A stretch of 64,000 nt of DNA, from positions 1 to 64,000 of the IMG/VR virus record IMGVR_UViG_3300010334_000023. One strand, given 5' to 3'. Within the stretch, counting starts at the first letter, position 1; each line of letters opens with the position of its first letter. This document shows positions 26,860 through 36,807 of this stretch, piece by piece. Both the position numbers and the translations under genes were made by a program. The notes below the pieces were generated by a model. That model saw nothing but the letters and a program-made list of their open reading frames with translations, was not told where the DNA came from and did not search any database.

Positions 26860-27866
26860 CTGTCTGTGTCTTTCTCTATGAACAATCTCTGTGCGTTCTT
26901 GTAGGCTATCTGCTCTGCCACATCAGCGTCAAGCTGTCCTAGTATCTCGCGCCAAGTGTCAATGATGATGTCATAGTGCTGCCAGCGCCAGTCCTTGTGG
27001 CAATCAGTGGCAAACAGCATGCGATCGGGCCACTTGGTCATGATGTGTCGCCACTGGTAATTTATCCTGCCATCGAGGTCTATCACCGGAGAACCCAGCT
27101 TGCTCTGTTTCTGCTTGCTGGTTGGTCCCGCGCCATTGGGCCAGAAACCTCGCCAAGTGTACCACCACCGCCCCACGTGTATGAGATCCTTCTTGCTCAG
27201 CAACAGATACACGTTGTCAAAGCGGTTAAGCAGCTCATTGCTGTAGACGGCACGTCCAAACCCACAGTGCGCGATCATAAAGTTGATGCGGGGGTATCGC
27301 TCGAACAGTGCGAAGAATCCAGGATGGTCTCGCTCCCAGTCATAGAACTCCCAGTGAAGCATCACCGGAATGCCCTTGCCGTCCAGTGCGTCCATGAGAT
27401 CAAGGAAGTTAGGCGACAAGGGATTGATGTAGCGTTCACCACGCAGCGTGGTTTCGTTGCCCCACTTGCCCGGATGCTTGTCGGCATGCACGCACTGCAG
27501 TTCGCCTATGAAGTGATAGAGGCCGCTGTCGCAGCCAGCTATGGCCTGCTCCACGAAACGCGCCCTGATATCATCCCTGTGATCAAAGCCTTTGGGTGCT
27601 CCCAGCACGAACATGTCAGGATATCGATTCTTGATATCTATCATGTGTTGCGTGCTGTCGTGTGGCTGCTGCTGCCTAGCAAAGATCATCATCTGGATGA
27701 CGTTGTGCTGGTGCATCTTGGCCACAACGTCCTCGCCGGATCTGGTAGCACTGAACTGCATCATGGCATCTATCAGAGGACCTTCATACTTCTTGCGCGG
27801 TCCACAGAAAAGACCGTTCAACTTGATCCTCAGATATTTCGCCGCGTTCTTGACGTCTGACCACAT
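26856..27866 (-). CDS. amidohydrolase_2/TatD-like TIM-barrel metallohydrolase
   Basis: LIDA, IGEL, PVMLH, IAHCG, PDRMLFATD, IAY.NA.RL. Confidence 0.75.
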   Translation of the reverse strand: MWSDVKNAAKYLRIKLNGLFCGPRKKYEGPLIDAMMQFSATRSGEDVVAKMHQHNVIQMMIFARQQQPHDSTQHMIDIKNRYPDMFVLGAPKGFDHRDDIRARFVEQAIAGCDSGLYHFIGELQCVHADKHPGKWGNETTLRGERYINPLSPNFLDLMDALDGKGIPVMLHWEFYDWERDHPGFFALFERYPRINFMIAHCGFGRAVYSNELLNRFDNVYLLLSKKDLIHVGRWWYTWRGFWPNGAGPTSKQKQSKLGSPVIDLDGRINYQWRHIMTKWPDRMLFATDCHKDWRWQHYDIIIDTWREILGQLDADVAEQIAYKNAQRLFIEKDTDR

Positions 27867-27888
27867 GTTAGCAGTTCCTATTTAAGGT

Positions 27889-29346
27889 TTATATAGCCAA
27901 GGCAGCTGGCCGCGGAGCAGTGAGATAGCTCACCACCACGTTGGCCGCCGCGCTGCCGATCACCTGCACTCCTGTGCCTATGACCATTATCACTGGTCCA
28001 CCACCGAACAGCAAACCATACACATAGATCGGGCTGCCAATGCAGATTCCAACGAATGCGCCAGCATAAAAGCCCCAGCGAGTGATGAAGTTGCGTGCCA
28101 GCAGTGCGATCACATAGTTGCCAGCCAGTGACAGTCCTATGGCCTTGCCAAACATGAAGAAAGTACCGATATCCAATCCGGGTATGTTTGCCATGGCGAT
28201 ACCAACCGCTGCCAGTATGAACATGGCAGCGAAACCCCAGCGCATTGGGTTGTCGGCCTTGGCCGCGTCGTGGAAATCATTGCTGCTGATGGTAGCACTG
28301 GTCATCAATATGGTATCGATCAAGCTAACCAAACCGCTGAAGACCACTGCTAGATACATCAGTGCCAACCAAGGGCCTACCACGGTGGCCATCATGATGA
28401 TGTTGATGAACTGTGTGTTTGGACCAGTGACACCAACATGCATGCCAGCAGCCAAGAATCCAAGACCGCCGCCAATGATAGGCAGTGGCAACCAATAAAA
28501 TGGAGCCAAGATGAAAGCAGGGATGATGGTGTTCTTTTTCTGGCTTAGAGCATTCTCATAGAACGCATGATCAGTCCATGGTCCCATGAAATGTCCTACC
28601 ACGGTTGGCACACCAAAGCCCATTAACACACCCAGGGCGAAGCTGTTGCCCCAGAGAGTGGTACCATTACCCGTGACGCCTCCCAGTCCTGCCCACACCG
28701 GCTCGAGACCAGTGGTTCCGAAAACCGTGATGGCTATGATAGCCATACCAATCCAGATAACACCAATCTTGACCATGTCAGTGATGAACGTAGCCTTGAT
28801 GCCGCCGCGCAAGGTATAAACCAGCGCTATGGCTACTAGGAACACGCTGGTGATCAGCGGGCTCAGCCCTGTCAAGAACTCCACGCTCTTGCTGCCCGCG
28901 AACAGGCTGAACGTGACCTGCTGCACAGTACTTACGGTTATCTGTGCAACTATGATGAACTGCACGATCTTGCCCAGACGTGTGCCCAGGAACTGGCTGA
29001 GTGTATAGCCATCTGGATACTTGTTGCGGAAGTAATTCACACCAAAAGCAAATATCATCAGCGTCAAGAAGTTACCGATGCTGAAATAGAACAGTCCAGT
29101 TAAACCATTGGTATATGCCTGTTGTGCTGCTACAAACAGCCCCGGAGCCTGTATCCATGCTGCTCCTGCTCCCATGCTGCCCTGCAGCCAGCCTATCTTG
29201 CGATTGGCCACAAGGAAGGATTCCTTGTCTTTGTTGTATCCCCTGCTGTACCAGCTGGTCACAGCAAATATGAACAGAGCATAGGCCGCAATGACAGTGA
29301 AACCTGTCATTGGACTGAACATTGGGAACATGTGCGCGATATCCAT
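27889..29346 (-). CDS. sodium:solute symporter (SSS family)
   Basis: About 13 hydrophobic segments, FLVANR, YTL.GG.KA...TD, S..D motifs. Confidence 0.85.
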   Translation of the reverse strand: MDIAHMFPMFSPMTGFTVIAAYALFIFAVTSWYSRGYNKDKESFLVANRKIGWLQGSMGAGAAWIQAPGLFVAAQQAYTNGLTGLFYFSIGNFLTLMIFAFGVNYFRNKYPDGYTLSQFLGTRLGKIVQFIIVAQITVSTVQQVTFSLFAGSKSVEFLTGLSPLITSVFLVAIALVYTLRGGIKATFITDMVKIGVIWIGMAIIAITVFGTTGLEPVWAGLGGVTGNGTTLWGNSFALGVLMGFGVPTVVGHFMGPWTDHAFYENALSQKKNTIIPAFILAPFYWLPLPIIGGGLGFLAAGMHVGVTGPNTQFINIIMMATVVGPWLALMYLAVVFSGLVSLIDTILMTSATISSNDFHDAAKADNPMRWGFAAMFILAAVGIAMANIPGLDIGTFFMFGKAIGLSLAGNYVIALLARNFITRWGFYAGAFVGICIGSPIYVYGLLFGGGPVIMVIGTGVQVIGSAAANVVVSYLTAPRPAALAI

Positions 29347-29429
29347 TCTTTTCTCCAGATTATTTGATCATCACCGAGATGATATATGCTATATATGTAA
29401 AAATATCGGCTCTAGTGGAAGAAATCAAT

Positions 29430-30203
29430 ATGAACAGAAGAATAAACGAGCATCTGGTGAAAAATCTCAAGGCCACGTTCAATTTAGAGCGCTGGCGCGA
29501 GATAAACGAGCAAATCAGCAGAGAAACGCTGCTGGAGAGACTGCCATGGACCAGCAAGCGCAGAGAGAAGTTCACTCAGATGCTAGCCAGCACCTTTGGT
29601 GTCGCTGCTGAGCTGCGCGGCACGGTGGCAGAACTGACCAACAGCCTGGATCAAGCCTACTGTGAGCATTTCTGGCAGAAAGTTTGGCAGCCGCGTACCG
29701 AGAATTACACCTATACTGGTTGGCAGGCAGTTGATGAGATACTGAGCAGGAATCCAAGGTCAGTGTTGGACGTTGGCTGCGGTTATAACCAGTTCAAGAC
29801 CAAGATACCAAACCTAGTCGGCATAGACAAGTACAACCCTGCTGCTGACTACATGGTCGACATCTTGGACTTTGATGTCGACCCTGAAAGCTATGATGCT
29901 GTCATGGTATTTGGTAGCATAAACTTTGGCGACTATGAGGATGTGGCCTGTAGGTTTGCCAAGGTCTTTGAGCTCACTGCGCCTGGTGGCAGGATATATG
30001 TACGAGCCAATCCCGGCTACAGCCACCCCACTGGCCCATGGATAGACATATTTGCCTGGGACTTTGCCACAGCTCATCGCGTGGCCAAGGACAACAATGC
30101 CACTATGTTGACGTTCAAGCATGACCAAGATCAGCCACAGGATAGCAGCGTTGATCCGGGTCACGGCCAAGGTAATCGTCTTTATTTTGTCTATGAGAAG
30201 TGA
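29430..30203 (+). CDS. class I SAM-dependent methyltransferase with N-terminal helical (ACP-like?) domain
   Basis: VLDVGCG, GID, YDAV..FGSINFG, PGGRI. Confidence 0.8.
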   Translation: MNRRINEHLVKNLKATFNLERWREINEQISRETLLERLPWTSKRREKFTQMLASTFGVAAELRGTVAELTNSLDQAYCEHFWQKVWQPRTENYTYTGWQAVDEILSRNPRSVLDVGCGYNQFKTKIPNLVGIDKYNPAADYMVDILDFDVDPESYDAVMVFGSINFGDYEDVACRFAKVFELTAPGGRIYVRANPGYSHPTGPWIDIFAWDFATAHRVAKDNNATMLTFKHDQDQPQDSSVDPGHGQGNRLYFVYEK

Positions 30204-30204
30204 G

Positions 30205-30535
30205 TGATGGGTTTATTCTGTTTCCAAGGAAACCCATCGAAAACTCATTGAGGTTACGCCGCTAGGCGAATCTCAGATGCAACGAAGTTGTCGTTTGCAG
30301 TTAGAAAATTGGACAATCCGGTTACCCGGAGGCGTGCCTAACCTGCTGACTCCTGCTACCCTTTACACGTCTGTCGATCCTATTTCGCCCCCATCAAAGA
30401 TACACACCTAAAGCTAGAATGCCTCATAGGGTCACGAAGCAACTAGGGACTTCAACCCTCGCATGTATCTATGGTGGAGGCGCCGGGTACCGCCCCCGGG
30501 TCCAGACCGCTTATTACGATGCTATCAACATCAAC
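30205..30535 (-). ncRNA. ssrA: circularly permuted two-piece tmRNA, tag ANDNFVASEIRLAA
   Basis: Acceptor piece ends GACCCGGGGGCGGTACCCGGCGCCTCCACCA (3' end at 30472); intervening segment about 80 nt; coding piece starts GGGGGCGAAATAGGATCGAC at 30392; tag ORF 30298-30254; terminal hairpin 30206-30238. Confidence 0.93.
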
Positions 30536-30759
30536 TAGGTATTTATAGCAGGTTTTTTGTACAAGTCAACCCTGGCCCACTCGCAGCTGCACTTAACATC
30601 GCAGAATCCCAGATTGCGCTGGGCGTTGTGGTACAGTGGTGCCCAATAGCTCCACTGCCGGTCACCACCCTGGAACTGGTGCAGTATGGCTTCGGTTGGC
30701 TTACCGCAATGGCTGCAGGGCTGTCCCTGGATCCAGGTCATAGTTGGAGTTGGCTGCAT
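30535..30759 (-). CDS. small Cys-rich protein (CxxC...FC...C)
   Basis: ORF in operon. Confidence 0.6.
   Translation of the reverse strand: MQPTPTMTWIQGQPCSHCGKPTEAILHQFQGGDRQWSYWAPLYHNAQRNLGFCDVKCSCEWARVDLYKKPAINT
30540..30547 (-). promoter_or_regulatory. T4-type late promoter TATAAATA driving the tmRNA
   Basis: Exact TATAAATA directly upstream of the acceptor piece. Confidence 0.7.
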
Positions 30760-30762
30760 CTA

Positions 30763-31101
30763 TCAAGCAAACTTGCTGGGAATGCCACCTGCGGGTATGC
30801 TCAAGCTGCTGGTCATGCTGAGATAGCTCTTCTTAACGCTGTCTTCTGTCAGAGTGATGAACAGCACATGGCTCAGGCTGACTTTGAGCTTGGCATCCAC
30901 GGTTACCGTGAGAGCGAAGCCAGGCATCAGCTGCATACCCATGCGGCCCGTGTTAGGGTCTACGCTGATCTGCACGCTAAGCGGCTTGTTCATGGTTATA
31001 GTGTTCTCGTCAGCTGCTGTGATCTTGGTGATTATCTCTTCTCCGCTGGTCATCTTGACCGTGCAGATGTCGTCTACCTTCCAGGATTTCTCTATGAGCA
31101 T
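30763..31101 (-). CDS. Sm-like fold phage protein
   Basis: TVKM.SGEEII.K...KPL motif; AGGAG RBS. Confidence 0.6.
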   Translation of the reverse strand: MLIEKSWKVDDICTVKMTSGEEIITKITAADENTITMNKPLSVQISVDPNTGRMGMQLMPGFALTVTVDAKLKVSLSHVLFITLTEDSVKKSYLSMTSSLSIPAGGIPSKFA

Positions 31102-31155
31102 GTTGGTTCTCCTATGCGTGCTTGATTTTACGGTGCAGCCAGCTGTCGCGCAATA

Positions 31156-32109
31156 TTAGCGCGTCTTGACATGGCCGCCACCTGTCAGCGAGCCAACTAT
31201 AGGCTTGTCAGCTTCTGGAGGTATGTCCCAGGCACGGCCCACGAACTTTCTGTATCGATAGTTGTTTAAGAAGTTAGTCTCTGTGAGGTCATGCCCTTGG
31301 TTGCCACCTAGCAGACGCACTCTTCCGGAACTTGGATCAACACCTCGCACAAATGCCACGTGATGGTTTCTGCCGTTCTCGCTGACGAAGATATCATTTC
31401 TACGCCACTGCGTTGGATCATTTATAGATATGGCTTTGGCTCCGCATTTACGTACCCAGTCAGTGGCATAGCTGTCAGCTGTTGCCGTTTTTAGAGCTGG
31501 TATACCCAGCGATTGTAGCACAGTACCAACAAAAGCAGCACACCATGGACACTTATCACCTGGTTCGATTCTCTTGGCATTGGCTATACCAATGGTGTGA
31601 GCATAGCAGTTGAGTATGTTGGGATTGCCGGGTTCAGTCCGCGTCGCTTTCCATTTGCCAGCTTCTCCTTCTGCTTTCAACTGATTGAGATAGCTTTCCA
31701 ACGAGCCCCACAGACCAGCAGCACCACTAGGCGGAGGTGTCACTCCAGATGATATTGGTTCCGGATCACCTGCATGGTCATTTGGATCGCTTGTGCGAGG
31801 TCCAGGAGGAGGAGCTTCTGCTTGTTTTGTTATCGTACCATCATCATTTTCAAGTTCATCTGGATTTGCGTCTGCATATGCCTGGGCAGCCTTATAGTTT
31901 TTGATCTGTTCTGGATTTGGGGCATAATCAGCAACTGGTGGTGGCACTGGTATGTTCAGTGCGGTGAGAAAGCTATTACCAAGCTGGGGCGGTAACCATA
32001 GTGCTGCCTGTACATTGTTGATGAACACGTTTGGGCTATAGTAAACGTCTTCAACACCTGCATCTATGAGGTCCAGTGCCTGTGGAAATCCGCGAGGTAG
32101 GTAAGGCAT
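31156..32109 (-). CDS. TIGR02594/CHAP-domain protein, probably a virion-associated lysin
   Basis: VYYSPNVFIN N-terminus, PWCAAFV, HVAF, LGGNQ. Confidence 0.75.
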   Translation of the reverse strand: MPYLPRGFPQALDLIDAGVEDVYYSPNVFINNVQAALWLPPQLGNSFLTALNIPVPPPVADYAPNPEQIKNYKAAQAYADANPDELENDDGTITKQAEAPPPGPRTSDPNDHAGDPEPISSGVTPPPSGAAGLWGSLESYLNQLKAEGEAGKWKATRTEPGNPNILNCYAHTIGIANAKRIEPGDKCPWCAAFVGTVLQSLGIPALKTATADSYATDWVRKCGAKAISINDPTQWRRNDIFVSENGRNHHVAFVRGVDPSSGRVRLLGGNQGHDLTETNFLNNYRYRKFVGRAWDIPPEADKPIVGSLTGGGHVKTR

Positions 32110-32116
32110 GTTGGTC

Positions 32117-32383
32117 TCACTTGCTCCCTAGATGCTTGACCAGATCATCATGGCCACCGATGTGCGTTCCGTCTAGCCATATCTGTGGCACGGTCTTAGC
32201 ATCTGGACAGACTGCCAGAAGTTCTGTGCGATCGCTCAGTGATTGGTTTGATTTCAGCTTGCGGTCATCACCATTAGTTACGCCGATGATCTTCTCGTCA
32301 TAGGTGATGCTGTGTTTGTCAAACAATGCTTTAGCTCTAGTGCAGTATGGGCAGTGATCTTTGGTGTAAATGATGGCATGCAT
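32117..32383 (-). CDS. glutaredoxin
   Basis: CPYC, TVPQI, IGG. Confidence 0.92.
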   Translation of the reverse strand: MHAIIYTKDHCPYCTRAKALFDKHSITYDEKIIGVTNGDDRKLKSNQSLSDRTELLAVCPDAKTVPQIWLDGTHIGGHDDLVKHLGSK

Positions 32384-32403
32384 CGGCGTATCCTCTGGAA
32401 TAT

Positions 32404-33093
32404 TTATTGGTGTATAACGTGGCTCAATGAACCATCAGCGTTGGTATGTATCCACACAGTACCATCGGGTATAGGCCAACCAGCATATTCATAATGCCAA
32501 GCCCAGCGTGTGACATAAACTACAGTAGGTTCATCACTGCGCACTATACCAAGTCCAAGATCCATCACTGCCTTAGCGAAATATCTATCGCTCCACAGTT
32601 GTTGTCCTGGTTCGACTATCCAGCCTGTCATGGCCGGCAGGGCCTTGCGGGTGAGGAACCAGCTGTTGGTATCCACCATGTTCTCACCGTTGCTTTCCAC
32701 ACGATCAACGTACATTTCACGATCGTCTTGGCTGTGTATGACCCTGGTGGCTATCACACCATCAGCACCGCTCTCAGACAAGATGTCTACCATGAGCTCA
32801 ACGTGATTGGGCTTGAGATAGCAATCAGCGTCGATGAATCCCACAGCATCGTAGCCTTGGCTAAATGCGCTGAGAGCTGCTACTGCCCGCGGTGTCGCGC
32901 CTGCATCGGCGTGAGTTTTAGGTAGCTTGATGTGGTCTACCGTATCAAGCTTGTCTACCATGGGATGAGGGTTACCATCACTTACCAAGATGTGTCGAAT
33001 GTTAGCATAGGTCTGAGCCTTTACGCTGCCATGACACCTGCGCAGAGTGGCAGCATCCTCGGCATGATAGGGTGTGATCATAGCAACACGCAT
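32404..33093 (-). CDS. GT2 glycosyltransferase
   Basis: ITPY, SV..QTY, V.DG, FIDAD. Confidence 0.8.
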   Translation of the reverse strand: MRVAMITPYHAEDAATLRRCHGSVKAQTYANIRHILVSDGNPHPMVDKLDTVDHIKLPKTHADAGATPRAVAALSAFSQGYDAVGFIDADCYLKPNHVELMVDILSESGADGVIATRVIHSQDDREMYVDRVESNGENMVDTNSWFLTRKALPAMTGWIVEPGQQLWSDRYFAKAVMDLGLGIVRSDEPTVVYVTRWAWHYEYAGWPIPDGTVWIHTNADGSLSHVIHQ

Positions 33094-34190
33094 CAGAGGC
33101 TAAATCCCTTGAAGCTGTCTGAGCCCACGTCCTGCTTGGTACCACCGCTCACATAGCTGCTGAGCTCCACTTCCTGAGGAGCAACCTGCACTTCTCCGCC
33201 AGCAATCCATTTCTGCGTCCATGGCAAAGGATTGGTACCTCCCTTGTACTTGCTGGGCAATCCCACGGCAGTCATGCGCTTGTTAGCGATCCATTCCACA
33301 TAATCGCTGAGCAGCTGATTGTTTAGGCCGATCATGCTGCCATCCTTGAACAGATAATCTGCCCAACGCTTCTCTTGATCCACAGCATCTTCAAACATCT
33401 TGATGGCTTCAGCTTGAAGCTCAACTTCAATCTTGGCATAGTCGGGATCATCCTTGGGTAGGATCTTCAGCAGCGTCTGTGTGCTGGCCAAGTGCAGATT
33501 CTCGTCACGTGCGATGAACTTGATGATCTTGGCATTGCCTTCCATCTTCTTGACTTCAGCAAACGCCCAGCTGCAGGCAAAGCTCACGTAGAAGCGCACA
33601 CCTTCGAGGATGTTCACGCTCATCATGCATAACCAGATCAGCTGCTTGTGGCGATAGACATCATAATCGCTGGCATTCACGGCCAGCTTGTTGTTCATGT
33701 CTATGAGCTCGTCATAATACTTACTGATATCACCTGCACAGTCAACGATCTCAGCGATGTCCATGAGTTCATCAAAGATCTTGCTGGGATTGCTGTAGAC
33801 GTTGCGTATGATGTGAGTGTAGCTGCGGCTGTGTATGGTCTCAGAAAACGTCCAAGTGGTGATCCAGTTCTCCAGCTCGGGCAAGCTGCAGATTGGGCCA
33901 AAAGCCACGCTGGGTGCGCGACCTTGCACGCTGTCTAGCAGTATCTGTCGCTTGAGATTGCTGGTGAAGATGTGCTGTTCGTGCGCAGTGAGATCCTTGA
34001 AGTCCTTGGCATCCTTGAAGATGTCAACCTCAGTGGGCAACCAAAAGAATCCCAGCTGCTTCTCTGTGAGCTTGTCCAGAGTCTTGTACTTCATGGTATC
34101 ATAGCGCTGGATGCTCACACCGCCGTTGGGATCAAGGAACGCTAGGCTCTTGGTGTGGTCCGATCGGTTAGCAACGTCAAAAACGCTCAT
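33093..34190 (-). CDS. nrdB: ribonucleotide reductase class Ia beta subunit
   Basis: FFW.P.EVD, LLDSVQGR, ETIHSRSY, EGVRFY.SF, RDE.LH. Confidence 0.96.
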   Translation of the reverse strand: MSVFDVANRSDHTKSLAFLDPNGGVSIQRYDTMKYKTLDKLTEKQLGFFWLPTEVDIFKDAKDFKDLTAHEQHIFTSNLKRQILLDSVQGRAPSVAFGPICSLPELENWITTWTFSETIHSRSYTHIIRNVYSNPSKIFDELMDIAEIVDCAGDISKYYDELIDMNNKLAVNASDYDVYRHKQLIWLCMMSVNILEGVRFYVSFACSWAFAEVKKMEGNAKIIKFIARDENLHLASTQTLLKILPKDDPDYAKIEVELQAEAIKMFEDAVDQEKRWADYLFKDGSMIGLNNQLLSDYVEWIANKRMTAVGLPSKYKGGTNPLPWTQKWIAGGEVQVAPQEVELSSYVSGGTKQDVGSDSFKGFSL

Positions 34191-34250
34191 GATTGTTTCC
34201 TCATCTGTATGTGTTAATTATAGAGCAGGTAGGTTTGGTTGCCAACCTGC

Positions 34251-36572
34251 TTAGATGGTGCAGCTATCGCAATCAGCTTCGTTGATGGGTGGCAACTCAG
34301 ACACGTCATCTGAGATCATCTTAGTGACGTTGATCTCACCCTGTCCATCATAGGTGTTGAAGTAATAAAGCTGCTTTCCACCATACTTGTAGAACATCAA
34401 CAAGTGGCCCAGCATCTCGCTAAGTGGGATCTTATCATCTTGATAATGCTGAGGATTGTAACTCGTATTCACCGATATGCCTTGGTCGATGTACTTCTGT
34501 AGCACTGCGCATATCTTGAGATAGCCTTCTGGGCTCTTCTGATCCCAGAGCAGCTCGTACTTGTTCTTTAAGCGGCGAAACTCTGGGACTACCTGCTTGA
34601 GCACACCATGCTTGCTTTGCTTGACGCTGATCAAGCTGCGTGGCGGCTCTATGCCGTTGGTAGCATTGGCTATCTGTGCTGAAGTTTCTGCTGGCATCAC
34701 TGCCATCAGCGTACTGTTGCGAATGCCTACTACCTGCAGATCTTCACGCAGCTCTGCCCAGGGCATGCGCTCAACATGCGGTACCAACTCATCGATGTCA
34801 CGCTTGCGTGTGTCAATTGGCACGATGCCATTGCCATACTTGGTCTCTTCGCTCTTGGCACAGGCACCCTTGGTACGTGCGAGATCTACGCTGGCCTTGA
34901 TCAGATAGTAGCTCATGGCCTCCATGTATTCATCTACCAGAGGCAGTGCCGTGGGATCGCTGTAGCTCACGCCATTCTTGGCCAGCCAGTAAGCAAAGTT
35001 GATTATGCCAACACCCAGAGGACGGCGGTTCATGGTGCTGAGATATGCTGCCTTCACTGGATAGGTCTGATAATCAAGCAGATTGTCCAGCGCCATCACT
35101 GCCAGCTTGCAGGGCTTTTCAAAGTCAGAAGGGCTGCGTATGTTACCCCAGTTGATGGCGCTCAGCGTGCAGAGGCTGATCTCGCCTTGCTCATCGTTGA
35201 GATCATTTAAGGGCTTGGTTGGCAAGTCAATCTCAGAACAGAGATTGCTCTGCTTGATGGGTGCAATGCTTTCGATGAACGCGCCATGTTGGTTGGCATT
35301 GTCCACGTTCTGTAGATAGATGCGGCCTGTGTCCTTGCGTTCCTGCATGAAGCTGCTGAACAGATCAATGGCCTTGACCGTCTTCTTGCGCAGCTTCTTG
35401 TTCTTTTCAGCTGCTTCGTACAGCACACGGAATCGGTCTTGATCAGCAAAGAACGCATCATACAATCCGGGTACATCGCTGGGTGAGAACAGCGTGATGT
35501 CTCCGCCTTGTATCAACCGCTCGTAGAACAGCTTGCTGAACTGCACGCCGTAATCCATGTGTCGCACTCTGTTGTCTTCGGTGCCTCGATTGTTCTTGAG
35601 CACCAGCATCTCTTCAACTTCTAGATGCCAGATTGGATAGTAAAGAGTAGCTGCTCCATTGCGCACACCGCCCTGTGAGCAAGAACGAGTGGCTGCCTGG
35701 AACAGCTTGTAGAAAGGTACCACGCCTGTGTGGCTGGCATCACCGTTCCTGATAGGACTGCCAATAGCACGAATAGACCCAGCACCGATGCCGATACCAG
35801 CCTTTTGGCTCACATACTTGACCACTGCGCTGGCAGTGGCATTGATGCTGTCTAAGCTGTCACCAGTCTCTATCAACACGCAGCTGCTGAACTGGCGCTG
35901 CGGCGTGCGCACGCCTGCCATGATAGGTGTGGGCAAGCTGATGTCATGCTTGCTGATGGCTTCATAATAATCGCGGATTACATTCAATCTAGCGGGCTTA
36001 TCGTGGCGTATGAACAGCGTGGCTGCTATCAGCGCATAGGCCATCTGCGGCGTCTCTTTGATATCACCGGTCACGCGATTCTGTACCAAGTATTTGCCGC
36101 GCATCTGTTCCATGGCCACATAGGTGAGGCTGGCATCGCGCTCGTGATCGATGAAACGATTGATCACGTCCCATTCGCCTTCGGTGTATTCTTCCAACAG
36201 CTGCGAATCGTAAAAGCCATCAGCTACGTTCTTCTTGATGAGATCAAGTATGTGCCATGGCTTATAATTGCCATAGACTTCCTTGCGCAGATGGTAATTG
36301 ACCAAGCGCCCGGCCACATACTGATAGTTGGGAGTCTCTTCGCTGATCAGATCAGCTGCAGCCTTGATCAGAGTTTCCTGTAGATCCTGCGTCTTGATAC
36401 CATTATAGAACTGTATCTGGCTGCGGATCTCGACTTCGCTGGCACTGACACCCTGGATACCCTCAGTTGCCCAGAAAACTACCTTGTGTAGCTTCTCGAT
36501 GTTCAGTGGCTCCTTGTTCCCGTTGCGCTTGGTTACTAGTATCTCGTTCTTGGGTGAAGTGGCCATGATCAT
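34251..36572 (-). CDS. nrdA: ribonucleotide reductase class Ia alpha subunit
   Basis: ATP cone, PTPIMAG, SSC, SNLCSEI, C-terminal YY and CDSC. Confidence 0.97.
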   Translation of the reverse strand: MIMATSPKNEILVTKRNGNKEPLNIEKLHKVVFWATEGIQGVSASEVEIRSQIQFYNGIKTQDLQETLIKAAADLISEETPNYQYVAGRLVNYHLRKEVYGNYKPWHILDLIKKNVADGFYDSQLLEEYTEGEWDVINRFIDHERDASLTYVAMEQMRGKYLVQNRVTGDIKETPQMAYALIAATLFIRHDKPARLNVIRDYYEAISKHDISLPTPIMAGVRTPQRQFSSCVLIETGDSLDSINATASAVVKYVSQKAGIGIGAGSIRAIGSPIRNGDASHTGVVPFYKLFQAATRSCSQGGVRNGAATLYYPIWHLEVEEMLVLKNNRGTEDNRVRHMDYGVQFSKLFYERLIQGGDITLFSPSDVPGLYDAFFADQDRFRVLYEAAEKNKKLRKKTVKAIDLFSSFMQERKDTGRIYLQNVDNANQHGAFIESIAPIKQSNLCSEIDLPTKPLNDLNDEQGEISLCTLSAINWGNIRSPSDFEKPCKLAVMALDNLLDYQTYPVKAAYLSTMNRRPLGVGIINFAYWLAKNGVSYSDPTALPLVDEYMEAMSYYLIKASVDLARTKGACAKSEETKYGNGIVPIDTRKRDIDELVPHVERMPWAELREDLQVVGIRNSTLMAVMPAETSAQIANATNGIEPPRSLISVKQSKHGVLKQVVPEFRRLKNKYELLWDQKSPEGYLKICAVLQKYIDQGISVNTSYNPQHYQDDKIPLSEMLGHLLMFYKYGGKQLYYFNTYDGQGEINVTKMISDDVSELPPINEADCDSCTI

Positions 36573-36807
36573 CTCTCTATCTTTCCCTGCTATTGTAAGG
36601 TGGACTGCTGCTTTCAGCAACAGGTATATTTAACCATTTGGACGGTGCCCAAAATGCTACGATCAAGCTTACATTTACATTGATTTTATTGATAAAATGG
36701 TAGAAAATGCCTGATAATACTGGTTTTCATTGGTATGGCAGAATACCAGCATTAACCATCAAAACGTCGGTACATCTCATTGAAATCATGTTTGCAATCT
36801 TGCGTTT

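Noticed and set aside
30472-30503. tRNA gene or integration-site remnant
   Set aside because: The T-arm and CCA belong to the permuted tmRNA; no anticodon arm; no integrase nearby
30463-31125. 220-aa plus-strand ORF
   Set aside because: Antisense to the tmRNA acceptor piece and two minus-strand genes
33093-36572. Introns or inteins in nrdA/nrdB (also helicase and topoisomerase)
   Set aside because: ORFs are continuous, of normal length and lack splicing motifs
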